From Chitinophagia bacterium (GTDB lineage: Bacteria; Bacteroidota; Bacteroidia; Chitinophagales; Chitinophagaceae): a stretch of 64,000 nucleotides of DNA. The translations under genes and the position numbers were made by a program. Under the pieces are notes generated by a model. It saw nothing but the letters and a program-made list of their open reading frames with translations, made no database searches and was not told the DNA's origin. The stretch spans positions 8,149 to 72,148 of the forward strand of contig JAJPJP010000247.1 in assembly GCA_021324175.1 (NCBI GenBank), in the 5' to 3' direction. Below, in pieces: positions 9,700-19,304 of this stretch (the first letter of the stretch is position 1; each line of letters opens with the position of its first letter).

Positions 9700-10998
9700 T
9701 TATTCAAGAGAGCCGGCAGAAATTCTGTGCGTACTTTCTTTGAATATAATGTCGTGTTCTTCCAATTCTTTGAGGACGGGTCTATAGATTTCCGGTTCCA
9801 CAGGTATCCTTACACCTGGGAGCTTGAATTTCTCCATAAGAACAAGTTTAGCCGCGATACCTAAGGGTAATCCAACAGTTTTAGCCATGGCCGTATGGGA
9901 ACTGTCTTTCCCCTTGACAACTAGCGAACTTTGAACGCTGCATTTTTCATTGTTAGCGCTGTACTCCACTTCATGCAGCATCACGATCATATCCTTGTCC
10001 GTTGGTTCCATGGCGAGTTTTCTTTCCATAAGGTACTGCAATACGTCGGCTGATGTCTTTGCGGATGCTGGCAACCTTTTATCACTGAAAAGCCCAAGGA
10101 ACTCATAGGCTTCGATGTTCCGGTTATCGATAAATCGCATAATCGCAGCAGACCAGGTTTTGAAAGTAAGGGAATTTGGGTCTTTGAGGAAAGTGTCGTC
10201 TGCTAATTTGGCCGCGACCACGCATTTCCAAAGCTGGCAAAATTCGGGGTATCGCAAAGTAGTGCGAATAAATGTATCCACATCTTCTAGTCCATAAAGT
10301 GGCATATACTCCAGGGAATTTCTGTTTGGGTAATAGTTCAATTCCCCCAGGCCGTCGATATAAACTGGCCTGCACTCCTCAAACAATTGGCGATATTCGA
10401 TTTTTCTGGTTTTCCCATTTTCCCTGAAAGTCGCCCCTGTTGAACCGGCGAGCACGACATTGCGGGGATTCCAGCTAATCTTATATCGCCACGGATTATT
10501 GTCACTTTCAGGCGCAACCAGCCCTCCCGTATGCGACTTGAAGGAGGTAACCTTTCCTTCTTGAGATCGTATACGCGTAACCAGACTCATAACACTCATA
10601 TGATCAATTCCCGGATCCAAACCAATCTCACACAAAAAAATCAACCCATACTTCGAAACTTCCCCTGAGAGAGCGCGAATATACTCGTCGACATAAGAAG
10701 CAGTTAAAAGATTTTTCCGGTAATGAAGACAATCCACGGCGACAAGCCTATGAAATGACGGCGGGAGTAATGAAATGACAATATCAGATTTACTGATTAG
10801 ATCGCGCCTTGGAATTTCGTCTTGGATGTCAATCGCAACCATGGTTACCCATTCTACTTCCCTTGTCTTCGACCTGATAATCGTCAGGTCATTGGCACCA
10901 ATAGTTAGATGCCAGCCTTGCTTTCGCGATTCGTCCGTCAAATATTCTATCAAGGATATCGCTGATTTACCCGCCCCAAAAAGTAGAATGTTTCTCAT
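9700..10998 (-). CDS. Saccharopine dehydrogenase family protein
   Basis: Rossmann GAGKS, EIGLDPGIDH, WRYKISWNPR, MAKTVGLP. Confidence 0.9.
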   Translation of the reverse strand: MRNILLFGAGKSAISLIEYLTDESRKQGWHLTIGANDLTIIRSKTREVEWVTMVAIDIQDEIPRRDLISKSDIVISLLPPSFHRLVAVDCLHYRKNLLTASYVDEYIRALSGEVSKYGLIFLCEIGLDPGIDHMSVMSLVTRIRSQEGKVTSFKSHTGGLVAPESDNNPWRYKISWNPRNVVLAGSTGATFRENGKTRKIEYRQLFEECRPVYIDGLGELNYYPNRNSLEYMPLYGLEDVDTFIRTTLRYPEFCQLWKCVVAAKLADDTFLKDPNSLTFKTWSAAIMRFIDNRNIEAYEFLGLFSDKRLPASAKTSADVLQYLMERKLAMEPTDKDMIVMLHEVEYSANNEKCSVQSSLVVKGKDSSHTAMAKTVGLPLGIAAKLVLMEKFKLPGVRIPVEPEIYRPVLKELEEHDIIFKESTHRISAGSLE

Positions 10999-11033
10999 CG
11001 TTTTATTGGGGAGCAAGATAACAAAACACCAAT

Positions 11034-11061
11034 AAAAATGGCTGACTTTAAAAAGTCAGCC
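11034..11061 (-). terminator. Intrinsic terminator
   Basis: Stem ggctgactt/aagtcagcc with a T-run on the minus strand. Confidence 0.6.
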
Positions 11062-11100
11062 GCCTAAATTAACCGTCCTAACAATATCTTAGAGACGCCG

Positions 11101-11331
11101 CTATTTACCTTTTATGGCGATGTTCAGGATTCTCGGTTGGAACATACCGTTATAGGGCCTGTTCAAAACCGTTACTGACAGAGAATCATCAGAATTTAAA
11201 AGCATTGCATTTCTAACCTTTCTTACCGGTAAATCCTGAACCCGGTTAGATGAATTTCGCATTATTTTAATAGCGTGCATACTTGTAATTGCCATCAGTA
11301 AAAAACACAACTGGACAGAACCCTTCTTCAT
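11101..11331 (-). CDS. Small hypothetical protein, possibly secreted
   Basis: ATG start with MKK plus a hydrophobic stretch; fills an intergenic gap and is followed by a terminator. Confidence 0.4.
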   Translation of the reverse strand: MKKGSVQLCFLLMAITSMHAIKIMRNSSNRVQDLPVRKVRNAMLLNSDDSLSVTVLNRPYNGMFQPRILNIAIKGK

Positions 11332-11468
11332 GTTGTTTCAAACTATTTCTGGTCTTTAAATCGTATTGGGACATTCTATTGGGTTAGGGATATCAATCTA
11401 AAAGCCCAAGTTACATGCCAATGCAAAAAATTGTGGAAAATTTCGAAATGTTTTTTGCAAACTCATGG

Positions 11469-12878
11469 TTAATTGGTCGAGTATGAAAGCCCTGTTTCTT
11501 TGGAATTTATAAGTGCGATCTTGTATTGAATTTTTATTCCACGGGGACTTTTCGGCGCCTCCAGCATTGTAGCCGAGCCCGCGCCGATGTTGTGAAAATA
11601 AATATTCTCTGTCTTAAATACTTTCTTGTTAGCTTGTATATACTGTACTTCAACGACGACTAATTCCAGAGGATGAACTGACCGATTACTTACGGTTATT
11701 TGCAAGTTGGAAATGCCCCCGAAAGTTCCAACGCTATAATTGTTTGCCGTCACGCCTATCAATTCAAGTAAATTTGCTTTTGGAACAGTACTTTCGGAAA
11801 TTTGGTCGTCACGGTGAGCACTTGTTCTTTGAGGAACCGATGCTTGCTGGTTTGTAGTGGGTTGGTCGCTTCCGTCGTCGGCTTCTGAGATGGCAGGAAG
11901 CCTCTTGGGGAATAAATCCTTCGCCGGTTTATCGACTTTTTTTCCAGAGTGGCGGTTAACGAGAATTGACTGAGTCTGCTCGGCCAATTTATTTGCATCT
12001 TCGGTGCCAATTGATCCAAGCGCCTGTTGATTCGTCGACTTGAGAGCTGGTGTCTTTTGTAATTCAATATTTTTGGAACTTGGATTCGCCTGGGTTATAG
12101 AAGCTTGGTTTGGATTGTCAACCAATTTTTGGGATTCGACCAAAGAACTATTAGCTTGTTGTTGAACATTGGCTGCCTGCGCATTGTTCGATTTGTTCTG
12201 CGGCAAGGTCGCTTTCTGCGTGGAGGAGGCAGGTACTATATTTTTTTCAATATTCAGGCCGATCAATATACCCAGACCGATTAATACAAGTACACCAAAT
12301 CCTGATAAGCTGAAAATGAATAATTTCCTTCTCATGAGGGTATTTGGTTGTAGCTTTTTTTCTACAGGTTGATTCTTTTCCGCCACATTAGCAGCCAGTA
12401 GTTCGGACCCGAATGCCATTTTATTAGCCGGGGCTTCTTGCCTAATACTAAGGTCATCCGGAAGATTTGTACGCTCTTCAGCAAGGCTTCTTTTAAAAGG
12501 AATCGCAGCTGGTGCATAATTCCTTGCAGGCAGTGTTACGTATATTTTCTTATCTCCTCTAGCAACGGGCGCTACTTGCCGTTCTATTTGCGGGGAAGTT
12601 GCAATCTCAGGTTGAGATTTTTGAGAATCCTTGGGAAACTGTATGGCACTATTGGCTTTGTTCTCAGAGTTTGGCCTTTTAAAAAAGCGGTCAAAGGGCT
12701 GTTCTTCGACAACGGGAGCAAACGCTTTCAATTCGTCAATTTCCGAGGGATATCGCCACGCCGCGCTCTTGCCTTCAACCCATACCAAATCGTAAGCCTT
12801 GAATCCTTTTTGGGTTAGTCCTTCCAGAGTAAGGGGACCAAATTGTTTATTATCGCGGAGCAAAAGGTAAGTAACCAT
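11469..12878 (-). CDS. Single-pass membrane protein with N-terminal GYF_2-like domain and C-terminal Ig-like domain
   Basis: YLLLRDNKQFGPLTLE...LVWVEG...W pattern, low-complexity linkers, one TM helix, beta-rich C-terminus. Confidence 0.65.
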   Translation of the reverse strand: MVTYLLLRDNKQFGPLTLEGLTQKGFKAYDLVWVEGKSAAWRYPSEIDELKAFAPVVEEQPFDRFFKRPNSENKANSAIQFPKDSQKSQPEIATSPQIERQVAPVARGDKKIYVTLPARNYAPAAIPFKRSLAEERTNLPDDLSIRQEAPANKMAFGSELLAANVAEKNQPVEKKLQPNTLMRRKLFIFSLSGFGVLVLIGLGILIGLNIEKNIVPASSTQKATLPQNKSNNAQAANVQQQANSSLVESQKLVDNPNQASITQANPSSKNIELQKTPALKSTNQQALGSIGTEDANKLAEQTQSILVNRHSGKKVDKPAKDLFPKRLPAISEADDGSDQPTTNQQASVPQRTSAHRDDQISESTVPKANLLELIGVTANNYSVGTFGGISNLQITVSNRSVHPLELVVVEVQYIQANKKVFKTENIYFHNIGAGSATMLEAPKSPRGIKIQYKIALINSKETGLSYSTN

Positions 12879-13160
12879 TCGATTAGGTTAAAATAAAAAA
12901 AACCATCTATTCATTCGTGCGGATTACCTAATTAACGTCAAATTTAGGTGCTTTTTTGTGAAAGCTTAGTTATAAATCAAAAGGGGCAGAGATCTGATGG
13001 CGTAAATTTAATAATTATTGCAATAATTAAATGCTGCCGTCCAAATTAATTTGATTGGCATGATATTAATTTTAAAGCTTAGCAAGGAGATTTGCTAGTT
13101 ATGACAATCTTCCCGAAATTAGTTTCTTTATCGCCGGCACCGAAGCTAAACAATATTACA

Positions 13161-14885
13161 ATGGACAATGCCATCCAGCAAAAAGTGGATATGTGGTTGA
13201 ATGGAAATTATGACCACGACACCAAAGAAGAAATCAGAAAACTAGAACTGGAAAATCCATCTGAATTGACGGAAGCGTTCTACAAAAACCTCGAATTTGG
13301 TACTGGAGGGTTGCGCGGACTTATGGGAGTGGGGACAAACAGGATGAACAAATATACCGTAGGAATGGCGACGCAGGGCTATGCAAATTATCTTAAACAG
13401 TCGTTTTCAGATCAGCCTAAAGTTGCCATTGCATACGATAGCCGCAATAACAGTAAATTTTTTGCTGAAACAGCCGCAAAGGTATTTGCTGCTAATGGCA
13501 TTAAAGTTTACCTCTTTCAATCTTTGCGACCTACCCCTGAATTGAGCTTTACAATCCGTCAACTCGGGTGTCAGGGAGGCGTTGTTTGCACTGCATCTCA
13601 CAACCCCAAAGAATACAACGGATACAAGGCTTATTGGAATGATGGTGGACAACTGGTGCCACCACATGATGAAAATGTAATAAAAGAGGTAGAAAAAATT
13701 GGTTCCGTTGAGGAAGTAAGATGGGCAGGAGGAGAAAATAATATCTCGATAATTGGCAAAGAGATGGACGAGGCATATTTGAGCATGGTAAGAAGCCTTT
13801 CTGTATATCCAGAAATCATCGAAAAACAGCATAATCTTCGGATAGTCTATACACCGATACACGGTACAGGGATAAAACTTGTGCCCGAAGTATTGCAAAG
13901 GTTCGGTTTTACCAATGTCCATGTGGTGGATGAGCAGGCGACCCCTGATGGAAATTTTCCAACCGTCGTTTATCCTAATCCGGAGGAGAGTGAAGCTATG
14001 AGCATCGGCCTTAGAAAGGCCAAAGAACTTGAAGCAGACATCTTGTTGGGAACTGATCCTGACGCTGATCGTGTTGGTATCGGCGTTAAAGATAATTCGG
14101 GTAATTGGGTACTGATGAATGGAAACCAGACAGCTGTGCTGGCATTTACCTATCTGATTGAAGCACGAAAAGCAAAGGGAATCGCCCAGCCCAATGATAT
14201 GGTAGTAAAAACCATAGTGACCACAGACATGATCGACGAAATTGCTAAACAAACCGGCATTAAATGCTATAATGTCTTAACGGGCTTTAAATGGATCGCC
14301 GAACTAATCAAAGAAAAGGAAGCTGATGAGAATTATGTAATTGGGGGTGAGGAGAGCTATGGTTTGATGATTGGCGCAAAGCTGCGCGATAAGGATGCCG
14401 TAAGCGCTGTAGCAATTCTCTGCGAAATGTCGGCTTATGAAAAGAGCCAGGGTAAATCACTCTATGATAAATTGATTAGCCTTTATGTCAAATATGGGTT
14501 CTATAAAGAGCGTCTAATATCCATTACGAAAAAAGGAATGAACGGCCAGAAAGAGATTGCCGACATGATGGAATCCTATCGTCAAAACCCGCCTAAAACA
14601 ATTAACAATTCTCAGGTCGTACAACTTTTCGATTATGAATTGAGGAAAGGTAAGAATCTGCATTCCGGCGAATCATTTGAAATTACGCTGCCTAAATCAA
14701 ACGTTTTGCAATTTATTTTGGCTGACGGAAGTAAAATTTCTGCACGTCCTTCGGGTACGGAGCCAAAGATAAAATTTTACTTCAGTGTTCATACTACATT
14801 AAACGAAGGGTCCAAATTTGAAGACACAAAAAAAACCCTCGATGCTAGGATTGATGGGATAATTGCTGACATGCGGCTGCAATAA
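13161..14885 (+). CDS. pgm: Phosphoglucomutase/phosphomannomutase
   Basis: FGTGGLRG, TASHNP phosphoserine motif, DPDADR, GEES, RPSGTEPKIK; ATG 13161. Confidence 0.9.
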   Translation: MDNAIQQKVDMWLNGNYDHDTKEEIRKLELENPSELTEAFYKNLEFGTGGLRGLMGVGTNRMNKYTVGMATQGYANYLKQSFSDQPKVAIAYDSRNNSKFFAETAAKVFAANGIKVYLFQSLRPTPELSFTIRQLGCQGGVVCTASHNPKEYNGYKAYWNDGGQLVPPHDENVIKEVEKIGSVEEVRWAGGENNISIIGKEMDEAYLSMVRSLSVYPEIIEKQHNLRIVYTPIHGTGIKLVPEVLQRFGFTNVHVVDEQATPDGNFPTVVYPNPEESEAMSIGLRKAKELEADILLGTDPDADRVGIGVKDNSGNWVLMNGNQTAVLAFTYLIEARKAKGIAQPNDMVVKTIVTTDMIDEIAKQTGIKCYNVLTGFKWIAELIKEKEADENYVIGGEESYGLMIGAKLRDKDAVSAVAILCEMSAYEKSQGKSLYDKLISLYVKYGFYKERLISITKKGMNGQKEIADMMESYRQNPPKTINNSQVVQLFDYELRKGKNLHSGESFEITLPKSNVLQFILADGSKISARPSGTEPKIKFYFSVHTTLNEGSKFEDTKKTLDARIDGIIADMRLQ

Positions 14886-14938
14886 ATAGTTCGCCACTGC
14901 CGCTAACATAAAATTCCACACTAAAATTCAACTTGCAT

Positions 14939-16918
14939 ATGAGAATATTTGTCCTTTCCGTTTGTTCTTTATTTCTATTTTTTACTGGTAATTGCAACGT
15001 GCGCTTGCCGAAACTTTTCGCTGACAATATGGTACTGCAAAGGGACCAACTGATACCCGTCTGGGGTTGGGCTGAACCTGGGGAACGGATTACATTGCAG
15101 TTCGACAAACAAACAAAAACTACAAGAGCTGATAAGAGCGGAAAGTGGATGATAAAACTAGACGCACACCCTGCAGGGGGCCCATTTCAACTGGTTGTTC
15201 GTGGCAAAAACGTCATAAATCTGGGAAATATCCTCATAGGCGAAGTTTGGCTATGCTCAGGCCAGTCGAACATGGAGATGCCAATAGAGGGCTGGGGAAA
15301 GATCAAGAATTATGAACAGGAAATTGCCAACGCCGAATATCCGGAGATTCGTCATATCAAAATTCCTAATAGCGTAAGTTCGGAACCAAAGGAGGACGTG
15401 GGCTCAGGAACCTGGGAGGTATGTAGCCCTCAAACTGCGGCTGAATTCTCTGCGACGGCTTATTTTTTTGCCAGGGAGCTTTACCAGCGATTGCATGTGC
15501 CCATCGGCCTTATCAACTCATCTTGGGGTGGTACAATGATAGAAACATGGATAAGCAGGGCCGCATTCGAAGGAGATAAATATTTTAAGAAGATGATTGA
15601 CAGCATGGCTACGGGAAGCATGGAGGAACTCGCCCGGCATAAAAAAGAGAGGCTCATGGAGATTATTCGCGGACTACAAGGTATATATAAAGAATTATCC
15701 AATACCGCTTCCTGGAAGGAGGCGGATTTTGATGACAAGGCATGGCCGAAAATGAAACTGCCGGGGCTTTGGGAGCAACAGGGGATCGGACTTGAGGATT
15801 TGGACGGGCTAGTCTGGTTTCGTAAGACGGTCATTATCGATGATATTGATGCGGGGAGGCCTGGCACCCTTGACTTGGGGAAAATTGACGATTCAGATGA
15901 AACTTATGTCAATGGCATTAAGATTGGAGAGATGAAAAACAAGTATAGTGAAAAGCGGCATTACATCATACCCGCAGGAATATTGAAGCCGGGCGCGAAT
16001 ACAATTTCAGTTAAAGTGGAGGACACCGGCGGCGGCGGAGGTTTCTATGGTGAATCCACCGACATGAAACTCGTAACCGGTAGTAAATCCATCAAACTGG
16101 CTGGTGAATGGCTGTTTAAGATTGCCACAGTATTTGAGACGTCAACTGGAAATGGCCCAAATAGTTTTCCAACCCTTTTGTTTAACGCCATGATAAATCC
16201 ACTAATACCCTACGCAATCAAGGGTGCTATCTGGTATCAGGGCGAATCGAATGCCAGTCGCGCCTATGAATACCGGAGAGCTTTCCCCTTAATGATAACG
16301 GATTGGCGCAATCATTGGCATCAGGGTGATTTCCCTTTCTATTTTGTTCAACTGTCGAGTTTTAATGCGGGAAATGGCAATAGCGAATTGGGAAGTAGCT
16401 GGGCCGAGTTACGGGAAGCCCAGACAATGACTCTCTCTCTCCCAAATACGGGGATGGCAGTGACCACCGATATCGGCGATGCTAATGATATCCATCCAAA
16501 AGACAAACAGGATGTGGGAAAACGCTTGGCCGTGGTTGCACTCGACAACCTTTACCAGCAACCCATGGAATATTCAGGACCGCTTTACCAATCAGTCAAA
16601 TTTGAAGATAATAAGGCTATTCTAACATTTACCCATCTGGGCGATGGTTTGATGATAAAGGATAGATATGGCTATCTCAAAGGTTTCGAGCTGGCTGATC
16701 AACAAAAACACTTTCATTACGCCAAAGCCGAAATTGAAGGTGATCATTTAATAGTTTACCAGGATGGCGTGAACAATCCGTCGGCAGTTAGGTATGCCTG
16801 GGCCGATGACGCGCTCGAGGCAAACCTATTTAACAAAAACGGACTACCTGCCTGCGCTTTTCGGACGGACTCCTGGGACGGACTGACTGCAGGAGCGAGA
16901 TATGCGATAGGACAATGA
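14939..16918 (+). CDS. Sialate O-acetylesterase family protein
   Basis: Signal peptide; GEVWLCSGQSNM, WYQGESN, DIHP motifs; inserted beta-sandwich domain. Confidence 0.88.
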   Translation: MRIFVLSVCSLFLFFTGNCNVRLPKLFADNMVLQRDQLIPVWGWAEPGERITLQFDKQTKTTRADKSGKWMIKLDAHPAGGPFQLVVRGKNVINLGNILIGEVWLCSGQSNMEMPIEGWGKIKNYEQEIANAEYPEIRHIKIPNSVSSEPKEDVGSGTWEVCSPQTAAEFSATAYFFARELYQRLHVPIGLINSSWGGTMIETWISRAAFEGDKYFKKMIDSMATGSMEELARHKKERLMEIIRGLQGIYKELSNTASWKEADFDDKAWPKMKLPGLWEQQGIGLEDLDGLVWFRKTVIIDDIDAGRPGTLDLGKIDDSDETYVNGIKIGEMKNKYSEKRHYIIPAGILKPGANTISVKVEDTGGGGGFYGESTDMKLVTGSKSIKLAGEWLFKIATVFETSTGNGPNSFPTLLFNAMINPLIPYAIKGAIWYQGESNASRAYEYRRAFPLMITDWRNHWHQGDFPFYFVQLSSFNAGNGNSELGSSWAELREAQTMTLSLPNTGMAVTTDIGDANDIHPKDKQDVGKRLAVVALDNLYQQPMEYSGPLYQSVKFEDNKAILTFTHLGDGLMIKDRYGYLKGFELADQQKHFHYAKAEIEGDHLIVYQDGVNNPSAVRYAWADDALEANLFNKNGLPACAFRTDSWDGLTAGARYAIGQ

Positions 16919-17028
16919 GTATCATGGATTCACCTTAAAATTTTCGTCTTAGTCCCGGATGATCAGCTAGCATTTTAGGTGAGGTCAAATCTTTCTAAAA
17001 TTTTGTTCGTTGGTTGACTGTAAAACAT

Positions 17029-17036
17029 TACCTTTG
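17029..17036 (+). promoter_or_regulatory. -7 promoter element (TACCTTTG) of rpmI-rplT
   Basis: Matches TAnnTTTG; TTTG at 17002-17005. Confidence 0.7.
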
Positions 17037-17052
17037 CGCTCCATTTTCATGG

Positions 17053-17134
17053 ACGATTCGGACGGCTATCGCCGAATCGTTTTTGCCCAAAAGGTTCCCC
17101 AAGAGTTCCGCAGGTGCGGAAACACCAGCAGGGC
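17053..17134 (+). promoter_or_regulatory. Structured 5' leader of rpmI-rplT (candidate L20 autoregulatory leader)
   Basis: Perfect 9-bp stem 17053-17061/17072-17080; stem ttccgc(a)/(t)gcggaa at 17106-17121; gccc/gggc closing pairs. Confidence 0.45.
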
Positions 17135-17155
17135 TTCATTTAAATTCTGATGGTA

Positions 17156-17353
17156 ATGCCAAAGGTCAAAACCAATTCCAGCGCTAAGAAGCGTTTTAAA
17201 GTGACCGGAACAGGAGAAATCACCTATCAGCGTGCATTCAGGCGGCATATCTTAACAAAAAAAAGTAAGAAGCGCAAGCGTAACTTGCGGAAAAAGGGCT
17301 TGATCAGCAAGCCAAACAGTGATTTTGTAAAGAGGTTGCTTCGACTTAGATAG
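17156..17353 (+). CDS. rpmI: 50S ribosomal protein L35
   Basis: [20 protein letters not shown]...RHILTKKS. Confidence 0.97.
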   Translation: MPKVKTNSSAKKRFKVTGTGEITYQRAFRRHILTKKSKKRKRNLRKKGLISKPNSDFVKRLLRLR

Positions 17354-17418
17354 CAACGAACTTACCATCAGTTTCTGTTCATCGATCTCAACTAACACTC
17401 ATAAACTAGTTAAAAATT

Positions 17419-17763
17419 ATGCCACGCTCAGTAAACGCAGTAGCATCTAAGACGAGGAGGAAGCGGATCTTAAAGCAAGCCAAGGGATTCTATGGCAAAC
17501 GCAAGAACGTATACACCGTTGCAAAAAACGTTCTCGAAAAGGGCCTTACGTACCGATATGTGGGTCGCAAATTGAAAAAAAGGGAATACCGCGCGCTCTG
17601 GATAGTTAGAATTAATGCGGCCGTCAGGCCGGAAGGTTTGACTTATTCAGAATTCATCTATAAGCTAAACCAAAAGGGAGTTGGCCTTGACCGGAAGGTG
17701 CTTGCGGATCTTGCAATGAATGAACCTGCATCCTTCAAAAGACTGGTCGAGTCTGTCAAATAA
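17419..17763 (+). CDS. rplT: 50S ribosomal protein L20
   Basis: [27 protein letters not shown]. Confidence 0.97.
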   Translation: MPRSVNAVASKTRRKRILKQAKGFYGKRKNVYTVAKNVLEKGLTYRYVGRKLKKREYRALWIVRINAAVRPEGLTYSEFIYKLNQKGVGLDRKVLADLAMNEPASFKRLVESVK

Positions 17764-17784
17764 AATTGGGCGCGCCAAATTGTT

Positions 17785-17818
17785 AAACCGGAATGCATTT
17801 GCTTCCGGTTTTTATTTT
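17785..17818 (+). terminator. Intrinsic terminator after rplT
   Basis: Stem aaaccggaa/ttccggttt plus T-tract. Confidence 0.75.
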
Positions 17819-17899
17819 GCCAAATTGTTCAAAAAATTACTTTTGCCATACTTTTGACCATCCAAATTTGCTTTTAAACGGGCCAATCTTTTTTTGCCG

Positions 17900-19300
17900 A
17901 TGAACAACAATACATATACCGATTTGGTACAGCAGACTTTCAATTTCCCTCAAGAAGATTTTGAGGTGCATGACAGCTACCTGCGATTTAACGGCGTTGA
18001 CCTTAAAGCACTCATCGACAAATATGGCACGCCGATGAAGCTCACTTATCTTCCCAAAATCGGCTCACAAATCAAAAAAGCAAAAAAAATGTTTGCGGCT
18101 GCCTTCAAAAAACACCGTTACGAAGGCAAATACTTCTATTGCTATTGTACCAAAAGCTCGCATTTTTCATTTATCCTGGACGAAGCTTTAAGCCACGATA
18201 TCCATATTGAGACGTCGTACGCTTATGACATGGAAATAGTAAAGAAGATGTATGAACGGAAGAAAATTACCAAAGAGACATTTATCATTTGTAACGGATT
18301 CAAACAGAAACCTTACATCAACCGAATTGCAGGAATGTTAAATAACGGCTTTAAGAACGTTATTCCCATTCTCGATAATAAAGAAGAGCTTCAGCAATAC
18401 AAGAAATCGGTAAAAGTGCCTTTCAAGGTTGGGATCAGGGTGGCCGCAGAAGAGGAACCGACTTTTCCCTTTTACACCAGCCGGCTTGGCTTTAGGCCAA
18501 GAGACGTATTGGAATTTTACGTTGACAAGATCGAAGGCAACGAAGATCGTTTTCAGCTTAAGATGCTCCACATTTTTCTAAATAAAGGCATCAAGGACGA
18601 TTTATACTATTGGAGTGAATTAAATAAAGTGATCAATCTTTACTGCCAGCTCAAGAAAATCTGCCCTGAACTGGATTCTATTAATATTGGAGGTGGCTTC
18701 CCAATAAAACACAGCCTGGGATTTGAATACAATTATCAGTTCATGATTAATGAGATCGTGAGCAACATTAAAAAGGCGTGTAAGCGGAATCACGTTACGA
18801 TGCCCAATATTTTTACCGAATTCGGCAGTTATACGGTGGGAGAGAGCATGGCCCATATCTATAGTGTCATTGGACAGAAAATGCAAAACGATAGGGAGAT
18901 CTGGTATATGATCGACTCATCTTTCATTACGACGTTGCCGGATACGTGGGGTATCGGCGAGCGATTTCTAATGCTTCCGATTAACAAATGGGATGTTGAA
19001 TACCAGCGGGTGGTTCTAGGAGGTATAACTTGCGACAGTCATGACTATTATGATTCCGAAGAGCACATCAACGAAGTCTTCCTCCCTAAGCTAAATAACG
19101 GAGAGCCATTGTACTTAGGTTTTTTTCATACTGGTGCCTACCAGGATCAAATCAGCGGATATGGCGGAATTAAGCATTGCCTTATCCCATCACCGAAACA
19201 TATTATTGTTGGGTATGATAAAAATGGCAAACTTGTCGATTGGGTATACGCCAAGGAGCAAACGGCTCAAAGCATGCTCAAAATACTAGGATACAAATAG
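17900..19300 (+). CDS. speA: Arginine decarboxylase (short Bacteroidota type)
   Basis: YCTKSS (PLP lysine), ICNGFK, NIGGG, ITCDS, GAYQ; -7 element TACTTTTG at 17838. Confidence 0.85.
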   Translation: MNNNTYTDLVQQTFNFPQEDFEVHDSYLRFNGVDLKALIDKYGTPMKLTYLPKIGSQIKKAKKMFAAAFKKHRYEGKYFYCYCTKSSHFSFILDEALSHDIHIETSYAYDMEIVKKMYERKKITKETFIICNGFKQKPYINRIAGMLNNGFKNVIPILDNKEELQQYKKSVKVPFKVGIRVAAEEEPTFPFYTSRLGFRPRDVLEFYVDKIEGNEDRFQLKMLHIFLNKGIKDDLYYWSELNKVINLYCQLKKICPELDSINIGGGFPIKHSLGFEYNYQFMINEIVSNIKKACKRNHVTMPNIFTEFGSYTVGESMAHIYSVIGQKMQNDREIWYMIDSSFITTLPDTWGIGERFLMLPINKWDVEYQRVVLGGITCDSHDYYDSEEHINEVFLPKLNNGEPLYLGFFHTGAYQDQISGYGGIKHCLIPSPKHIIVGYDKNGKLVDWVYAKEQTAQSMLKILGYK

Positions 19301-19304
19301 CAGG

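Noticed and set aside
13407-14252. Long antisense ORFs inside pgm, dnaK, gyrA and other genes
   Set aside because: Shadow frames of well-supported genes with no protein-like motifs.
16929-16982. Imperfect inverted repeat tcacct(t)aaaat/attttaggtga after the esterase gene
   Set aside because: Single copy with a long loop; at most a 3' end structure, with nothing to support a mobile or ncRNA call.
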